NCBI GenBank assembly: GCA_965207455.1
Contig: CBDBMJ010000003.1
Location: 439,973 to 503,972 of the forward strand
Length of the DNA stretch: 64,000 nt
From: Bdellovibrionota bacterium
GTDB taxonomy: Bacteria > Bdellovibrionota > UBA1018 > CAIPTA01 > JAALKR01
Direction: 5' to 3'
Below, one piece after another: positions 32,296 to 42,768 of this stretch. The notes beneath the pieces were generated by a model. That model had not been told where the DNA came from and did no database searches. It was given only the letters and a program-made list of their open reading frames with translations. Both the position numbers and the translations under genes were made by a program. Numbering within the stretch: the first letter of the stretch is position 1; every line of letters begins with the position of its first letter.

Positions 32296-33099
32296 TTATC
32301 TCCTGCCACCCCCGGAGGAAACGTTGCGTTTACTATTGGGTCCCAGCACATCGCTTACGGAAGTAGTTTTTACGATGTTCTCGCCATTATCATCGTTGTG
32401 GCGAAGTATAAGGTAAACTCCTCCTAGCTTACTTTCCGTGAGAACTAATTTTTGGGCATTTACGGGAGTAGCCTCTAATGTAACACTATTAAAGGTCGTG
32501 TATCGAGTAAGGTTTACTGTTTTGTTTTTTCTTGTATCACTGGAGGCTTGTTCTATAATACCCGGAACTGTGTTAGCAATTAATTTCCCTGTGGCCAAGA
32601 CTAAAACATCTTGAAGTATGGTTTTCACCTCGATGAAATCTATATTTCCTTTTCCATAATCAATGACTGCTAACACATCTACTCTATCTCCAGGCTTAAT
32701 AAGACGTGAAACTCCACGAGAATCATTCACTCGAACAGTGACGGCACGCTTGCCTAGACTTATTTGGCGAGATAATCCCGTACGAACACCTAAAAAAGTT
32801 ACCTTTGTGCGTGTAATTTGCTCACCTTTAGATACGGGTGCGATGGCTAGACCACCCACAAAGTCTCCAATTCGTCCACTGGTACCGGGCTGTATGAATT
32901 TTTTGGGCATTGTTTGAACTGTAAGGTTCGTTTCGTCTAAAGGATCCAGCTCACCTATATTTTTTCCAGCCACAACAACCGTGGTTTCCTCTTTAAAATC
33001 TTTACGGTAGCTTTCTTCCGTGCTCGTAACATAAGAATGCACCATCAGTACAGCCAAGAGGGCAATGACAAGAGAGATGGTAAAGGATCGATTATTCAT
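32296..33099 (-). CDS. cpaB: Flp pilus assembly protein CpaB/RcpC
   Basis: SAF domain, GKRAVTVRV, IKPGDRVDV, TILQDVLVLA. Confidence 0.88.
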   Translation of the reverse strand: MNNRSFTISLVIALLAVLMVHSYVTSTEESYRKDFKEETTVVVAGKNIGELDPLDETNLTVQTMPKKFIQPGTSGRIGDFVGGLAIAPVSKGEQITRTKVTFLGVRTGLSRQISLGKRAVTVRVNDSRGVSRLIKPGDRVDVLAVIDYGKGNIDFIEVKTILQDVLVLATGKLIANTVPGIIEQASSDTRKNKTVNLTRYTTFNSVTLEATPVNAQKLVLTESKLGGVYLILRHNDDNGENIVKTTSVSDVLGPNSKRNVSSGGGRR

Positions 33100-33100
33100 T

Positions 33101-33613
33101 TTATTGCTCTACCCTTCCACAGTATGCGCCTAGAGTGTTACCAATCGAAGGTTTTCGGGATGTGCAAATACCAAGGGCAGTACGAATACGAATATGTTGT
33201 CGTTGAAAGTTAGATTCTGCTTCATATGGGTCATTTCTGGCGCCTGGAATATCTCTGGGTTCAACACCTGCACCAAGGCTCACTACGGGAGCAGGCTTAG
33301 TGGCACCTCCATCACCGTCATCATAATAATCATCGCCCCCTCCTGCATTTGCAGAAACATACAAAAAAAAGGCAGACCGGCTAGATGGACTTTCTTCATA
33401 TTCTTTCTTTCCAGGGCCGTCTCTATGATTTAGCATTTTTAAAAATACATAGGCCCGTGTACTCTTCTGGCCTACAATCGAAGTATTGATTGCCATATTT
33501 ACCTTAATCAAATGCCAGGTAAACAGCATTACAAAAGGAAGCACTACGATAAATTCCATGAGCGCTTGCCCGGAGTGATTTTCGATTATTTTTCGTTTAG
33601 CAGCCATTATCAA
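33101..33613 (-). CDS. TadE-like pseudopilin
   Basis: Prepilin motif SG|QALMEF followed by a TM segment. Confidence 0.75.
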   Translation of the reverse strand: MIMAAKRKIIENHSGQALMEFIVVLPFVMLFTWHLIKVNMAINTSIVGQKSTRAYVFLKMLNHRDGPGKKEYEESPSSRSAFFLYVSANAGGGDDYYDDGDGGATKPAPVVSLGAGVEPRDIPGARNDPYEAESNFQRQHIRIRTALGICTSRKPSIGNTLGAYCGRVEQ

Positions 33614-34280
33614 ACAAGAACTCCTTTCTTTCTACTCCTTGTCTCCATCCACCCACACCATACGTATCGTACAATTTTTTTAAAAACTTACGACATTCTT
33701 TCATAGTTTTCTCACGGCCAAGGAAAGCGTCGCTGGCGAGAGCGATTTTACCGTCCCAAGGTAAGGAGGTCTGCTCCCCCCTTGGCCCTATCGTAATAGA
33801 TTTACCCTCCCCCGCTGTCAGGAAGCGAGCAAACGGCAATAGGAAGAGGCGAAATTCAAAGTTATACTGTACGCCCTCTGCCCAAGCAAAAATACGGGTG
33901 GTGCGTCTTTTGTCCTTTGTGTAGGGATGAATTCCGATAAAAGCCCCCGGTATGGGTTCATCCCCTTCAGCGATATCTCTTTTGTCATCATCTCTGGGAG
34001 AAACAACGGGCGCCAATAGATCCTTTATTCCATCGGGCCTTTTTATTAAAGCACGCAGGGTTTCTACAGCATGTTCTCTTTGCTCACTTTGCTCTTCCGT
34101 TGCGGAAAGGTAAGCTCTTGCAGCCATATAGGTGCTGTAATGAACATAGTGACCCCATGCAAGTCCCCAAGCCAGCTGTATAAAAACAAAGAGCAGAGTT
34201 AAAATAACCATTATAACGAGCATAAACTCTATTAGGGTTTGCCCCTGCTCCCAATTATTTTTTTTTTGCTGTCCTATCAT
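33597..34280 (-). CDS. TadE-like pseudopilin
   Basis: QG|QTLIEF, TM segment, YMAARAY. Confidence 0.75.
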   Translation of the reverse strand: MIGQQKKNNWEQGQTLIEFMLVIMVILTLLFVFIQLAWGLAWGHYVHYSTYMAARAYLSATEEQSEQREHAVETLRALIKRPDGIKDLLAPVVSPRDDDKRDIAEGDEPIPGAFIGIHPYTKDKRRTTRIFAWAEGVQYNFEFRLFLLPFARFLTAGEGKSITIGPRGEQTSLPWDGKIALASDAFLGREKTMKECRKFLKKLYDTYGVGGWRQGVERKEFLFDNGC

Positions 34281-34288
34281 CTTATTTT

Positions 34289-34573
34289 TTACTTGTCCGA
34301 AGGTTTGTATAGATGGAAATTTCTGGAGTCGGCAGTTCCCGTTGTTTGCAATATATTCTTTCTGGGTCCACCTAGATCCACTTCGTCCCAACCCAAAGCA
34401 TCCCTGTGCCCATATTTATAATTAAATTTTAAATAATATACCGCTGGGCTCGTTAGTTCATTAAAGAAGTATTCCCGATCCCGAAACAATTGGAAAAGAG
34501 CAAGAATAGCTATAACAATTACCCCAGAAACTAATATGTACTCGACTATGGTTTGTCCAGACTCACCCTTCAT
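34289..34573 (-). CDS. Flp/TadE-like minor pilin
   Basis: SG|QTIVEYIL followed by a TM segment. Confidence 0.7.
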   Translation of the reverse strand: MKGESGQTIVEYILVSGVIVIAILALFQLFRDREYFFNELTSPAVYYLKFNYKYGHRDALGWDEVDLGGPRKNILQTTGTADSRNFHLYKPSDK

Positions 34574-35095
34574 TTAAAACAAGCCTCCATTCTGGTCCAA
34601 CCAAATTATGGCGACAGTAGCAAGGGTAATGGAAACACCAAAACTAAACTTATGATTCTTATTCACATCCAGTGTTGCGGGAGGAAAACCATGCACAATT
34701 TTTGATAGAACAAAGTGGAAGCTACTTCGCATAAGAGGCAGGAGCCTCCCTGAAAAAAGAGTAATGAAAAATGCATAAACTCCCCCGATAGCAATGGATG
34801 CTAGAGCTACTTGGAGTGTAAAAGCAACGCCTCCCCAGGCACCAATGCTCATGAGAAGCTTCACATCTCCTGCTCCCATAATATTTAAAATATATAGAGG
34901 CAAGAATAAAGAAAGGCCCAACAATAAACCTAAAAAAGAGTGCCCCAAGCCATCCCAACCTTGCCACCAAAAATGGAAGCCTAGAGCAAGCAGCATTGTT
35001 GGAAAGGTCCACCAGTTGGGGATTTTTTTTGTAAAAAGATCGTAGACGCCCCCTAGGAGAGCTACCCCAAAAATGATTGTGCTTAGTTGTTCCAA
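34574..35095 (-). CDS. cpaA: A24 prepilin peptidase (CpaA/TadV)
   Basis: YDLFTKKIPN and MGAGDVKL aspartate motifs; multi-TM. Confidence 0.88.
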   Translation of the reverse strand: MEQLSTIIFGVALLGGVYDLFTKKIPNWWTFPTMLLALGFHFWWQGWDGLGHSFLGLLLGLSLFLPLYILNIMGAGDVKLLMSIGAWGGVAFTLQVALASIAIGGVYAFFITLFSGRLLPLMRSSFHFVLSKIVHGFPPATLDVNKNHKFSFGVSITLATVAIIWLDQNGGLF

Positions 35096-35343
35096 TTTCC
35101 CCCTGCTCCTGCGTATGGATCTTTTGATTGAGTTCCCTGGCCAGCAGAGCCGGTGCCGCTTTTCAAATTTTGTTCTAAATGAGTTCCTAAACGAAGCATT
35201 GTTTTATTAATTATGCCGCTAAAACCAATGTCTTCATTAAAAAATAATGTGGTGGTGAAACCAAGGAGTAGGAAAAGCAGGAGTAAATACTCTATAAGGG
35301 CTTGCCCTGAGTTCTTCTTTTTCTGTTTTCCTGCTTCTTCCAT
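35083..35343 (-). CDS. Flp-like minor pilin
   Basis: SG|QALIEYLL followed by a TM segment. Confidence 0.7.
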   Translation of the reverse strand: MEEAGKQKKKNSGQALIEYLLLLFLLLGFTTTLFFNEDIGFSGIINKTMLRLGTHLEQNLKSGTGSAGQGTQSKDPYAGAGGNWNN

Positions 35344-35394
35344 GATGCAGCCTCCATGTTTCTTTCCTAGAGTGGAATAGGTTTTGTGTTTTTG

Positions 35395-35574
35395 CTATTC
35401 AGCAAAAACATCGTCTCTTCTCTCATTTAATCCTTCAAATAGCTTTTCCATAAAGGTTTTAAGCTTATTTTTAAATTGCATAATGAGAGTTACCACCACG
35501 GCTAGTATAAGGATATACTCGGTGGTCGTTTGCCCCGATTCCTCAAAGATAAACTTTCTTATTCTCAAACCCAT
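35395..35574 (-). CDS. flp: Flp major pilin, 59 aa (missing from ORF track)
   Basis: Hand translation gives MGLRIRKFIFEESG|QTTTEYILILAVVVTLIMQFKNKLKTFMEKLFEGLNERRDDVFAE*, with the Flp G|xxxxEY motif. Confidence 0.85.
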   Translation of the reverse strand: MGLRIRKFIFEESGQTTTEYILILAVVVTLIMQFKNKLKTFMEKLFEGLNERRDDVFAE

Positions 35575-35822
35575 TGATATAGCCTATAACTTTTTCCTCT
35601 TCTCCCTACCTTTTCGGCATATACGGAAAAAGCTTGAGAAGAATTTCTCTCCCTCTTATTATTTTAACAGAAAACAGCGTTTCGCGTCAACCGCAGATCG
35701 AGTAAAAAATCAAATAAATTCAATTGTTTACAAGTTTTCTTCTCAGCCATGCTAAATCTCCCGAAATAACAAAAAAACCCTTTTTCGTGGCTAATTCCTA
35801 CCTGCTTTCCTGTGCCCCCCCC

Positions 35823-37802
35823 CTAGTTCTCCTCCTTTGGAAAAGCCTCATACTTGGTGAGCTTATTCCTGCAGCGGCGTTTATAGTTGTCTCCCTCTGG
35901 TGCCACCTTTAAGCATAATTCAAATTTCTGGCGTGCCTCATCCAGAGAACTAATACTCTCTGCTAGCACAGCTTGTGCATAGATCTGCTTTGCCCTAAGG
36001 TGGAGGGCCGATCGTATAGAGCCCAAGCCGCTTAAAGCACGTTGATTGCTGGACTCCAGTTTAAGCACTTTCCGGTACAGTTCACCACTTTTTACCATGC
36101 TCTCAGATCTAACTTTTAGTTTATCCGCTTCCTCCAATAGGGGATTTATCAAGGCATCGAGCTTGTCTCTAGCTTCTTTCTTTTTCTCCGTCACACGCTC
36201 CATATATCGATTTTCCGAGTATTGGAATCTGGATAATGTGTTTGCAAAAGCCATGGCTTTAATAAATTCTTCTTTTTGAACAAGCTCTTCTAATACCTTG
36301 AATTCGCCTTCCGCTTCTTCCTCCAGTTTCTTTCTCTGTATCTCTAAAATTTTTGCTTTCCGTTCTTCCAATATCTTTTCTTGTATTTTTTCCTGCCACA
36401 CTTGGACGGTTTGATTGTTAGGGTCTTTTACAAAGACTGCTTCTATACCTCTTTCCAATTCTGATCGAAGACTGGGGTCTTTCAAGGCTCTTTGAAATAA
36501 TTTCTCCAATTTTTTCACCGTTTTTTCCACTTCTTTTTGAATCCTAATTTTAATTCTCTCTCTTCGACGCTGGTCTAATTCTTCCTCTCGTCGCTCAATT
36601 CCAAGTCTGGCCTCCTCCTGATAAATTCTAGCGTCTTTAAAGGTGCTAATCAGGCGAAAAATCTTAGATAAATTATCCTGCATTTTTTCATAATTACTTT
36701 TTTCACGCGCTAAGATAATTCTCTTATAGGCATTGAGTACTATTTTTTTATTTTCTTTGTTAAGCGTTTCGTATGTTCGAATAATTTTCCCTGATTTATC
36801 TTTGTATACTTTCACTGTCTTTTTTTGTTTCTCGTTTACCTCCTCATCATTATTGAATAGAAAGATACTCAATAAAGCGGCAATAAAAATAATTAGCAAG
36901 CGTTTATTTTTAGGAAGTCCCTTGAACTGTTGCCAACGTCTTTTTAAAAGGCTTTTCTCTTGTATTCCTGCCGGGAGATTTCCTTCTTGGCTTACACCGG
37001 GAACAACTGGTCTATCCCAAGCTTGAAGGTCGCCCCTTTGTTGTGAAATCAATTCGGAAGGAGATTGAGGTCTCGAAACAGCAGCTTCTTCTGGAACAGG
37101 TGAAAACCCGCCTTCTTTTTCAAAAAATTCCTTGCTTTCTCCTGTGAATTCTATTTTTATATCTCCAACTTGAATAATGTCTCCAGTTACAAGCTCTTTT
37201 TTTGTTATAGGATTATCATTCACAAATGTTTTATTAGCACTGTCCAAGTCTTTTATATAGAAATGGATTCCTTCACGCCAAACCTCAAAATGTTTGCGAG
37301 ATGCTTTTTTCTCATTGATGATGATGTTGCATGTGCTGGCTCGCCCAATTAAGATTTTCTCCTCATTTACTTCGTATCTTTCCCTATTGGCAACGCCTGC
37401 CTCGAAACGCAAGCATCCCACAATAGGAACGGCCATGACTTTTGTTTCTGAGTCTTCTTCATTAGACTCAGATTCGGCGGGAGATTCTGGAGAATCTTCC
37501 ATGTTCTTTTCGTCGATAATATTTATCCGTAAAGAATAGGCACCAACAACGATTTCTTCTCCTCCATGCAATATGGCGTTTTCCACTTCAGTGCCATTTA
37601 CAGCAAGGGAACCCGAGGTGCTCTCCTTTTCTATTTTCCATCCTTCTTCCAATAATCGCAGGGTGGCATGGAGGCGGCTGATAGATACATCGGGTAGACG
37701 AATAATGCAACCAGGAGCACGTCCTATACTGATCTCTCTAGCTCCTTCTTCTTCTATCTCAGAGACTTGAGCGCCATCCATGAATATGGATATGGTAAGC
37801 AT
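35823..37802 (-). CDS. Double-FHA, TM, coiled-coil/TPR-like protein
   Basis: Two FHA motifs (IGRAP..SISRLH; IGRAS..ASRKH..SANKTFVN), one TM, helical C-terminus. Confidence 0.8.
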   Translation of the reverse strand: MLTISIFMDGAQVSEIEEEGAREISIGRAPGCIIRLPDVSISRLHATLRLLEEGWKIEKESTSGSLAVNGTEVENAILHGGEEIVVGAYSLRINIIDEKNMEDSPESPAESESNEEDSETKVMAVPIVGCLRFEAGVANRERYEVNEEKILIGRASTCNIIINEKKASRKHFEVWREGIHFYIKDLDSANKTFVNDNPITKKELVTGDIIQVGDIKIEFTGESKEFFEKEGGFSPVPEEAAVSRPQSPSELISQQRGDLQAWDRPVVPGVSQEGNLPAGIQEKSLLKRRWQQFKGLPKNKRLLIIFIAALLSIFLFNNDEEVNEKQKKTVKVYKDKSGKIIRTYETLNKENKKIVLNAYKRIILAREKSNYEKMQDNLSKIFRLISTFKDARIYQEEARLGIERREEELDQRRRERIKIRIQKEVEKTVKKLEKLFQRALKDPSLRSELERGIEAVFVKDPNNQTVQVWQEKIQEKILEERKAKILEIQRKKLEEEAEGEFKVLEELVQKEEFIKAMAFANTLSRFQYSENRYMERVTEKKKEARDKLDALINPLLEEADKLKVRSESMVKSGELYRKVLKLESSNQRALSGLGSIRSALHLRAKQIYAQAVLAESISSLDEARQKFELCLKVAPEGDNYKRRCRNKLTKYEAFPKEEN

Positions 37803-37803
37803 C

Positions 37804-38787
37804 CTATGGGCTCTCCTGATTTTCTTGTTTGTCTATTATTCTTAATGCTTCCTTTGAATCTATGTATAGTTTATTCTCAGGATCTTTTTTTAATAAACCC
37901 ATCACACGCATGTAATGCATCTTTGCTTCATTGGTGCGCAAAGAGCGTCGCGCCCGGATCGCAGCTTGATAGGAGATTTCTATTTCTTTCTCTAAACGAA
38001 CGTTGGCTAAGGAAAGGTAGGTTTGGGCTATTCTATGATTTTGATCTATGGTAACTGCTGTTTTGAAAGCAGAAATAGCGCGACGGAAGTTCCTGTTCTC
38101 TAGCTCTCTCCTGCCTTGACGATAAAATTTTTCAGCTGATTTATATGTGGGGCTGTTCGTATCCGAAACACCGAGAACATCTTTTATGGCCTCCAGCCCT
38201 TCTTGCTTAGAAATTTTCTTTTTTGGTTTCTCCTCATCCACAAAGCTTACTTTTCCTCTCTCTCGCAATGTTAATATCTTTTCTCCAGAAGAAAAAGCAA
38301 TAACAAGGAGAATGATTACGCCCAAGAAAACAACATTTTTCTTTTTCTTTAGTTCTTTTTCTTCCGTCTCTTCTGCTCTCGTGGAGGAAGAGACCTTGGA
38401 TGGAGAAACAATGCCAGCCACCTGAGATTGACTGCCGGGAGCAATAACTTCCATGGTAGTCCCTCCTATGGTCATAATATCTCCTGGTTCGAGTTTAGCA
38501 GATTCCACCAATCTTTGATTTACCGAGAGGCCATTAATGCTATCCATATCTTTTGCGATATATGTGTTTTCCGCCCAAGATAGTTCCACGTGTTGTCGTG
38601 ATATTTGAGTATCAATTAAAATGATGGAGCAAGAATCATCTCGACCAATTAGGATATTATCGCTTAATAGACAAAATCCCTCACCAAGATTCTCCCCTTG
38701 CACAATCTTTAAGCGCAGGCGCTCTCCAAATTGAAATCTGCTGGGCATTTTTCCTTTGAAGTGCAATATGGAAGGACTACGAGCCAT
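37804..38787 (-). CDS. FHA, TM, TPR protein
   Basis: IGRDD..ISRQH..SING, one TM, TPR-like C-terminus. Confidence 0.8.
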   Translation of the reverse strand: MARSPSILHFKGKMPSRFQFGERLRLKIVQGENLGEGFCLLSDNILIGRDDSCSIILIDTQISRQHVELSWAENTYIAKDMDSINGLSVNQRLVESAKLEPGDIMTIGGTTMEVIAPGSQSQVAGIVSPSKVSSSTRAEETEEKELKKKKNVVFLGVIILLVIAFSSGEKILTLRERGKVSFVDEEKPKKKISKQEGLEAIKDVLGVSDTNSPTYKSAEKFYRQGRRELENRNFRRAISAFKTAVTIDQNHRIAQTYLSLANVRLEKEIEISYQAAIRARRSLRTNEAKMHYMRVMGLLKKDPENKLYIDSKEALRIIDKQENQESP

Positions 38788-40396
38788 ACTCGCCTTCTCC
38801 ACCAGCCGGGTTAGCAATAAACAAGTAAGCTTCTATTTTTTCTGGAAGAGAATGAATGGCTAAACATTGTACTCGATGCAGTCCAGAACCAAATTCATAA
38901 TCCTCCTGAACGTCATCCATACTGCCAGCGGCACCTTTTTCCATCATATCCACAAATAGAGACATAAGCGCATCATCGCTGATTAAATTTTGAACCGGCA
39001 GGGGATTATCTGGATCCCCATGAATGCCAGAAATATCTTCAAAACTATGACTGACAGCAATTACCTCAGAATTGGAATTTAGTAAAAGCATAGATTGCAG
39101 AGAATTGGTAACTAAAAATTGCAAGGGAGCCATAAAACTCTCCACAATTTGCTGTTCATTATCCGTTGTTGCAACTTCTTCTGGAGAATCTTGGGGGCGC
39201 AGATCGGGGATACGGCTAAGAACGCCATTGATAGACTCAATTAAACTATCCAGTACTTCAAATTTATACCGTCTGGGAACGACGGCTTCGTTGCCTTTAA
39301 GAACCTCATCAATATCGTCACCTAGCCTGCCGATCATGTTGGTGGTAAGCATACTCATGATATAAATAAAAACCACACCCAGAAGAAGTGAGATCATAAA
39401 AGTCTCTAGATAGATGACGCTGATAGTACCAACATCTAGAGCGATTCTATTCAGTGAAAAATCCAAAACAGCTAATGCTTTGGGCACATTTATATCTCGC
39501 TTGAGAGAACGCACCATTATAGGCACGGTAACAAGAACCCTTTCTCCATCTTCCGAACGAACCCTATTAAGACTCCAATACTTCTGGTCTCCTGTTTTCA
39601 TACGCTTTAACATTTTCACCACAAATGCTTGGGTTACTTCTTCATTTAATTTAAGGGCAGGAGCTTGGATTCGTCCATTAAGATCCGTGATGAAAGCATC
39701 CCTTACGGCACGGTCTTTATAGGCAAAATCCACGTCTAAACGTTCTCGTTTTCCTTTCGCAATATGTATTTGATTACTCTCGGCCATTTGTCGAGCTATG
39801 TAAAATGCTCGTCTCTCCGCTTCGCGAGTTACGGATTCTTTAGCTGATTCTAGAAGAGGGTAAACGGACATTCCCAAGTGCAGGATAGTGTAGGTAAGAA
39901 ATAAGCCAGAAAAAATAAAAACCCAGGTATGGCGACTATGGAGATCGTAGAAAACAGGCAGCACCAATTCATTGAAACGATAAAATAATTTTTTTACAAA
40001 ACTCTTTTCTGTCTGGGATTTTAGTACATTGGGAGTCTCTTCAGAAAAATCACCCCCTACATTTTGATTATTACTAGAAGAACTATGGGAAGAGGCGCCG
40101 GCAGCAACTACCCCAATGATTTCTAAAACAAAAGGGCCTATGGAAATGCGCTCATTCGATTCTAGTTCTTTTTTCTTTATCAAGAGACCATTAATAAAAG
40201 TGCCGTTGCGAGCACCAGCGTCCACTAACTCTGCTCGACCATTGCTTATGTTGATGATACAGTGCTTTTTGGAGACTTGTCGATGATCCAGTATGATGTC
40301 GGAGCTATTGTCTCTACCAATGGAGTTCGCCCCTTCTTTTAGAAAATAAACTGCACCAAGATTTGGACCAGAAATAACAGCTAGACGTGCACCCAT
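38777..40396 (-). CDS. FHA-domain membrane protein with two TMs and a periplasmic domain
   Basis: IGRDN..VSKKH..RNGTFING; TM-periplasmic-TM; cytoplasmic C-terminus. Confidence 0.8.
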   Translation of the reverse strand: MGARLAVISGPNLGAVYFLKEGANSIGRDNSSDIILDHRQVSKKHCIINISNGRAELVDAGARNGTFINGLLIKKKELESNERISIGPFVLEIIGVVAAGASSHSSSSNNQNVGGDFSEETPNVLKSQTEKSFVKKLFYRFNELVLPVFYDLHSRHTWVFIFSGLFLTYTILHLGMSVYPLLESAKESVTREAERRAFYIARQMAESNQIHIAKGKRERLDVDFAYKDRAVRDAFITDLNGRIQAPALKLNEEVTQAFVVKMLKRMKTGDQKYWSLNRVRSEDGERVLVTVPIMVRSLKRDINVPKALAVLDFSLNRIALDVGTISVIYLETFMISLLLGVVFIYIMSMLTTNMIGRLGDDIDEVLKGNEAVVPRRYKFEVLDSLIESINGVLSRIPDLRPQDSPEEVATTDNEQQIVESFMAPLQFLVTNSLQSMLLLNSNSEVIAVSHSFEDISGIHGDPDNPLPVQNLISDDALMSLFVDMMEKGAAGSMDDVQEDYEFGSGLHRVQCLAIHSLPEKIEAYLFIANPAGGEGEYGS

Positions 40397-40405
40397 TTTG
40401 TTCTC

Positions 40406-40765
40406 CTATGAGGGGTCTACTATTTCTAGTATATCCCCTTTTTTTAGCATCAATCGTTCAATGGAACCTTCGGGTAATTCTAATACTGCTTTTGCATTAT
40501 ATTGAATGCCAGTCATGCGCCAAGGCACTAGATTTTGGTAAAGGGCCACTACCTCAAATTTTTTGGAAAGGTAAAGAATATCGATAGTAAATCGCATGAA
40601 AAATGTATGCACACAATTACAAGGAGTAATCAACATGGCCTCTCCCGTGGGTAAGGAAGCTCTACCCAAAAGCCCCTTCATCCTAGATAGAATGGAATCT
40701 GCCACCCAACAATTACCCACAAGCTCTGTTCGATTTTTTTTCTCAATTATTTTTACTCTCCTCAT
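40406..40765 (-). CDS. DUF192 family protein
   Basis: ADSILSRMKGLLGR, CNCVHTFFMRFTID, AVLELPEG. Confidence 0.85.
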   Translation of the reverse strand: MRRVKIIEKKNRTELVGNCWVADSILSRMKGLLGRASLPTGEAMLITPCNCVHTFFMRFTIDILYLSKKFEVVALYQNLVPWRMTGIQYNAKAVLELPEGSIERLMLKKGDILEIVDPS

Positions 40766-40789
40766 ATACCTTATCCAGCCTTATCTGCC

Positions 40790-41680
40790 CTATCCACCAC
40801 CCCAGAACTGCAATAGGAATGGACCGAAAACCATAATAAGAATAGCAGGTACAATAAAAAATATCATGGGGAATAAGACTTTTTGAGATGCCTTACCTCC
40901 CGCTTTTTCCGCTCGAATAAAGCGCTCATGGCGAATTTGCTCACTCTGTTGTCGAAGAATTTTACCAATGCTAGCACCCATTTCATCGGCACTGATAAGA
41001 ACTGCAATAAATGAATTCATCTGAGTCATGTTAATTCGCCAAGACATGCTTCTCATGGCCTCTGCACGGGAAGCACCCACTTGAATCTCCCTCAATAAAG
41101 CATCAAGCTCCTGTATTAAAGGACCCGGCTTGGATTTTTCCACAACTTTTGCAATAGCACCCATAAAATCGAGACCTGCCTCTGTGGATAGAGCTAACAA
41201 ATCCACAACAAAAGGCATGGCAAGGAGTATGTCTTCTTGTCGTTTTTTAATCTCTGATTTTAACCAAATCTGATCCGGGTAAAAAAATCCTCCTATCATG
41301 GAAAGGGGAAAAATATACCAAGCAACGTCCACTTCCCAAGCAAATTTTACAAATAACAAAACAACGGGAAAGCCCAAAATTAGAAACAGCTTAAAACTGA
41401 ATAACTCATCGGGTGTGAGTATATCAGTAAGACCTGCAGTGGCTAGCTTTCGCTTAAGTACTTTTCTGGTATTATCAATTTTCATACCTTGAACAACGGG
41501 TACAACATAACGAGCAAAAAAGGGTCGGGAAAAACGTAAAATAGGGTTTCCTGCATCGGGAGAGTCTTTGCGTTCCGTACCCAAGGCACGGCTCGCACTC
41601 CGGCGCTCCTCATCGGAAAATATAATCCGAGCCATGAAAAAAACAGCGGCACCTAGGGCAATGTATGCGAGAAGAAACAT
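40790..41680 (-). CDS. tadC: Tad pilus platform protein TadC
   Basis: DLLALSTEAGLDF, MGASIGKILRQQSEQIR, AEKAGGKASQKVLFP. Confidence 0.85.
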   Translation of the reverse strand: MFLLAYIALGAAVFFMARIIFSDEERRSASRALGTERKDSPDAGNPILRFSRPFFARYVVPVVQGMKIDNTRKVLKRKLATAGLTDILTPDELFSFKLFLILGFPVVLLFVKFAWEVDVAWYIFPLSMIGGFFYPDQIWLKSEIKKRQEDILLAMPFVVDLLALSTEAGLDFMGAIAKVVEKSKPGPLIQELDALLREIQVGASRAEAMRSMSWRINMTQMNSFIAVLISADEMGASIGKILRQQSEQIRHERFIRAEKAGGKASQKVLFPMIFFIVPAILIMVFGPFLLQFWGGG

Positions 41681-41847
41681 ATAGTTTATTTTAAATTAAT
41701 TGCTCTGATCCCTCAATCGACTATGTTCACTTGTGTGTATAAAAACAACAAAGCTCCACGGAACCGTGTTGATTGAGGGCAAAAAAGTCATATTTATGGG
41801 GAATTTTCCTCGATAGTGGGCCTCGTGCTAGAATAAAGGCTGTTATT

Positions 41848-42768
41848 ATGATGACTTTTCTTTGTCGTAGAATACTTCAATTGATACCCGTATTGTGGGG
41901 AGTGGCCACTTTGGTATTCTTTTTGCTCCACCTTGTTCCAGGCGATCCCGTGGATATTATGCTGGGAGATAGCGCTTTACCCGCAAGCAAGGAAATCCTA
42001 AGAGAGCAACTCAACTTGAATAAGCCCCTTGGAGAACAATATATATTATATTGGAAGGGGTTGCTGAAAGGGGATTTAGGAAAATCTCTGCTTTCTCATC
42101 AACCCGTAAGTCAACTCCTCTGGGAGAGGATACCCGCCACGATGGAGTTAGCACTATGTAGCCTTTTCCTTGCTATTATCTTTTCCATTCCTCTAGGAGT
42201 ACTCATGGCTGTTTTTAAGAATTCTATTTTTGATTCCGTCGCCACAGTATTCTCTCTACTCTTTGTTTCCATGCCTAACTTCTGGTTGGGCCCACTACTT
42301 GTGCTTTTCTTTTCTTTCCAACTGGGATGGTTTCCCATATCGGAACGAACGGGAATCTTAAGTTATGTTTTGCCTTCCATTACTTTGGGCCTATCCATGG
42401 CAGCTATTCTATCGAGAATGACAAGAGCCAGCTTCCTCGATGTACTCTCCCAAGAATATATCACCACGGCCCACGCCAAAGGACTTCATCCCATAAAGGT
42501 ATATATGAAACACGGACTGAGAAATGGACTCATACCTGTTATCACCATACTTGGCTTGCAACTAGGTAGTCTCCTAGCCGGTACAATAATAACGGAAACT
42601 ATTTTTGACTGGCCAGGGGTTGGTGAACTCCTCTACCGGGGAATACAATCCAGGGACTACCCCACAGTACAGGGTTGCGTCCTATTCATTGCTTTTTTAT
42701 TTGTAATGGCAAACACATTGGCAGACATTGCCTATACAGTAGTAAACCCTAAAATTCGCCTGGAATGA
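41848..42768 (+). CDS. dppB: Dipeptide/oligopeptide/nickel ABC permease (DppB/OppB type)
   Basis: PGDPV, GDLGKS, EAA loop YITTAHAKGL, ETIFDWPGVG. Confidence 0.85.
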   Translation: MMTFLCRRILQLIPVLWGVATLVFFLLHLVPGDPVDIMLGDSALPASKEILREQLNLNKPLGEQYILYWKGLLKGDLGKSLLSHQPVSQLLWERIPATMELALCSLFLAIIFSIPLGVLMAVFKNSIFDSVATVFSLLFVSMPNFWLGPLLVLFFSFQLGWFPISERTGILSYVLPSITLGLSMAAILSRMTRASFLDVLSQEYITTAHAKGLHPIKVYMKHGLRNGLIPVITILGLQLGSLLAGTIITETIFDWPGVGELLYRGIQSRDYPTVQGCVLFIAFLFVMANTLADIAYTVVNPKIRLE

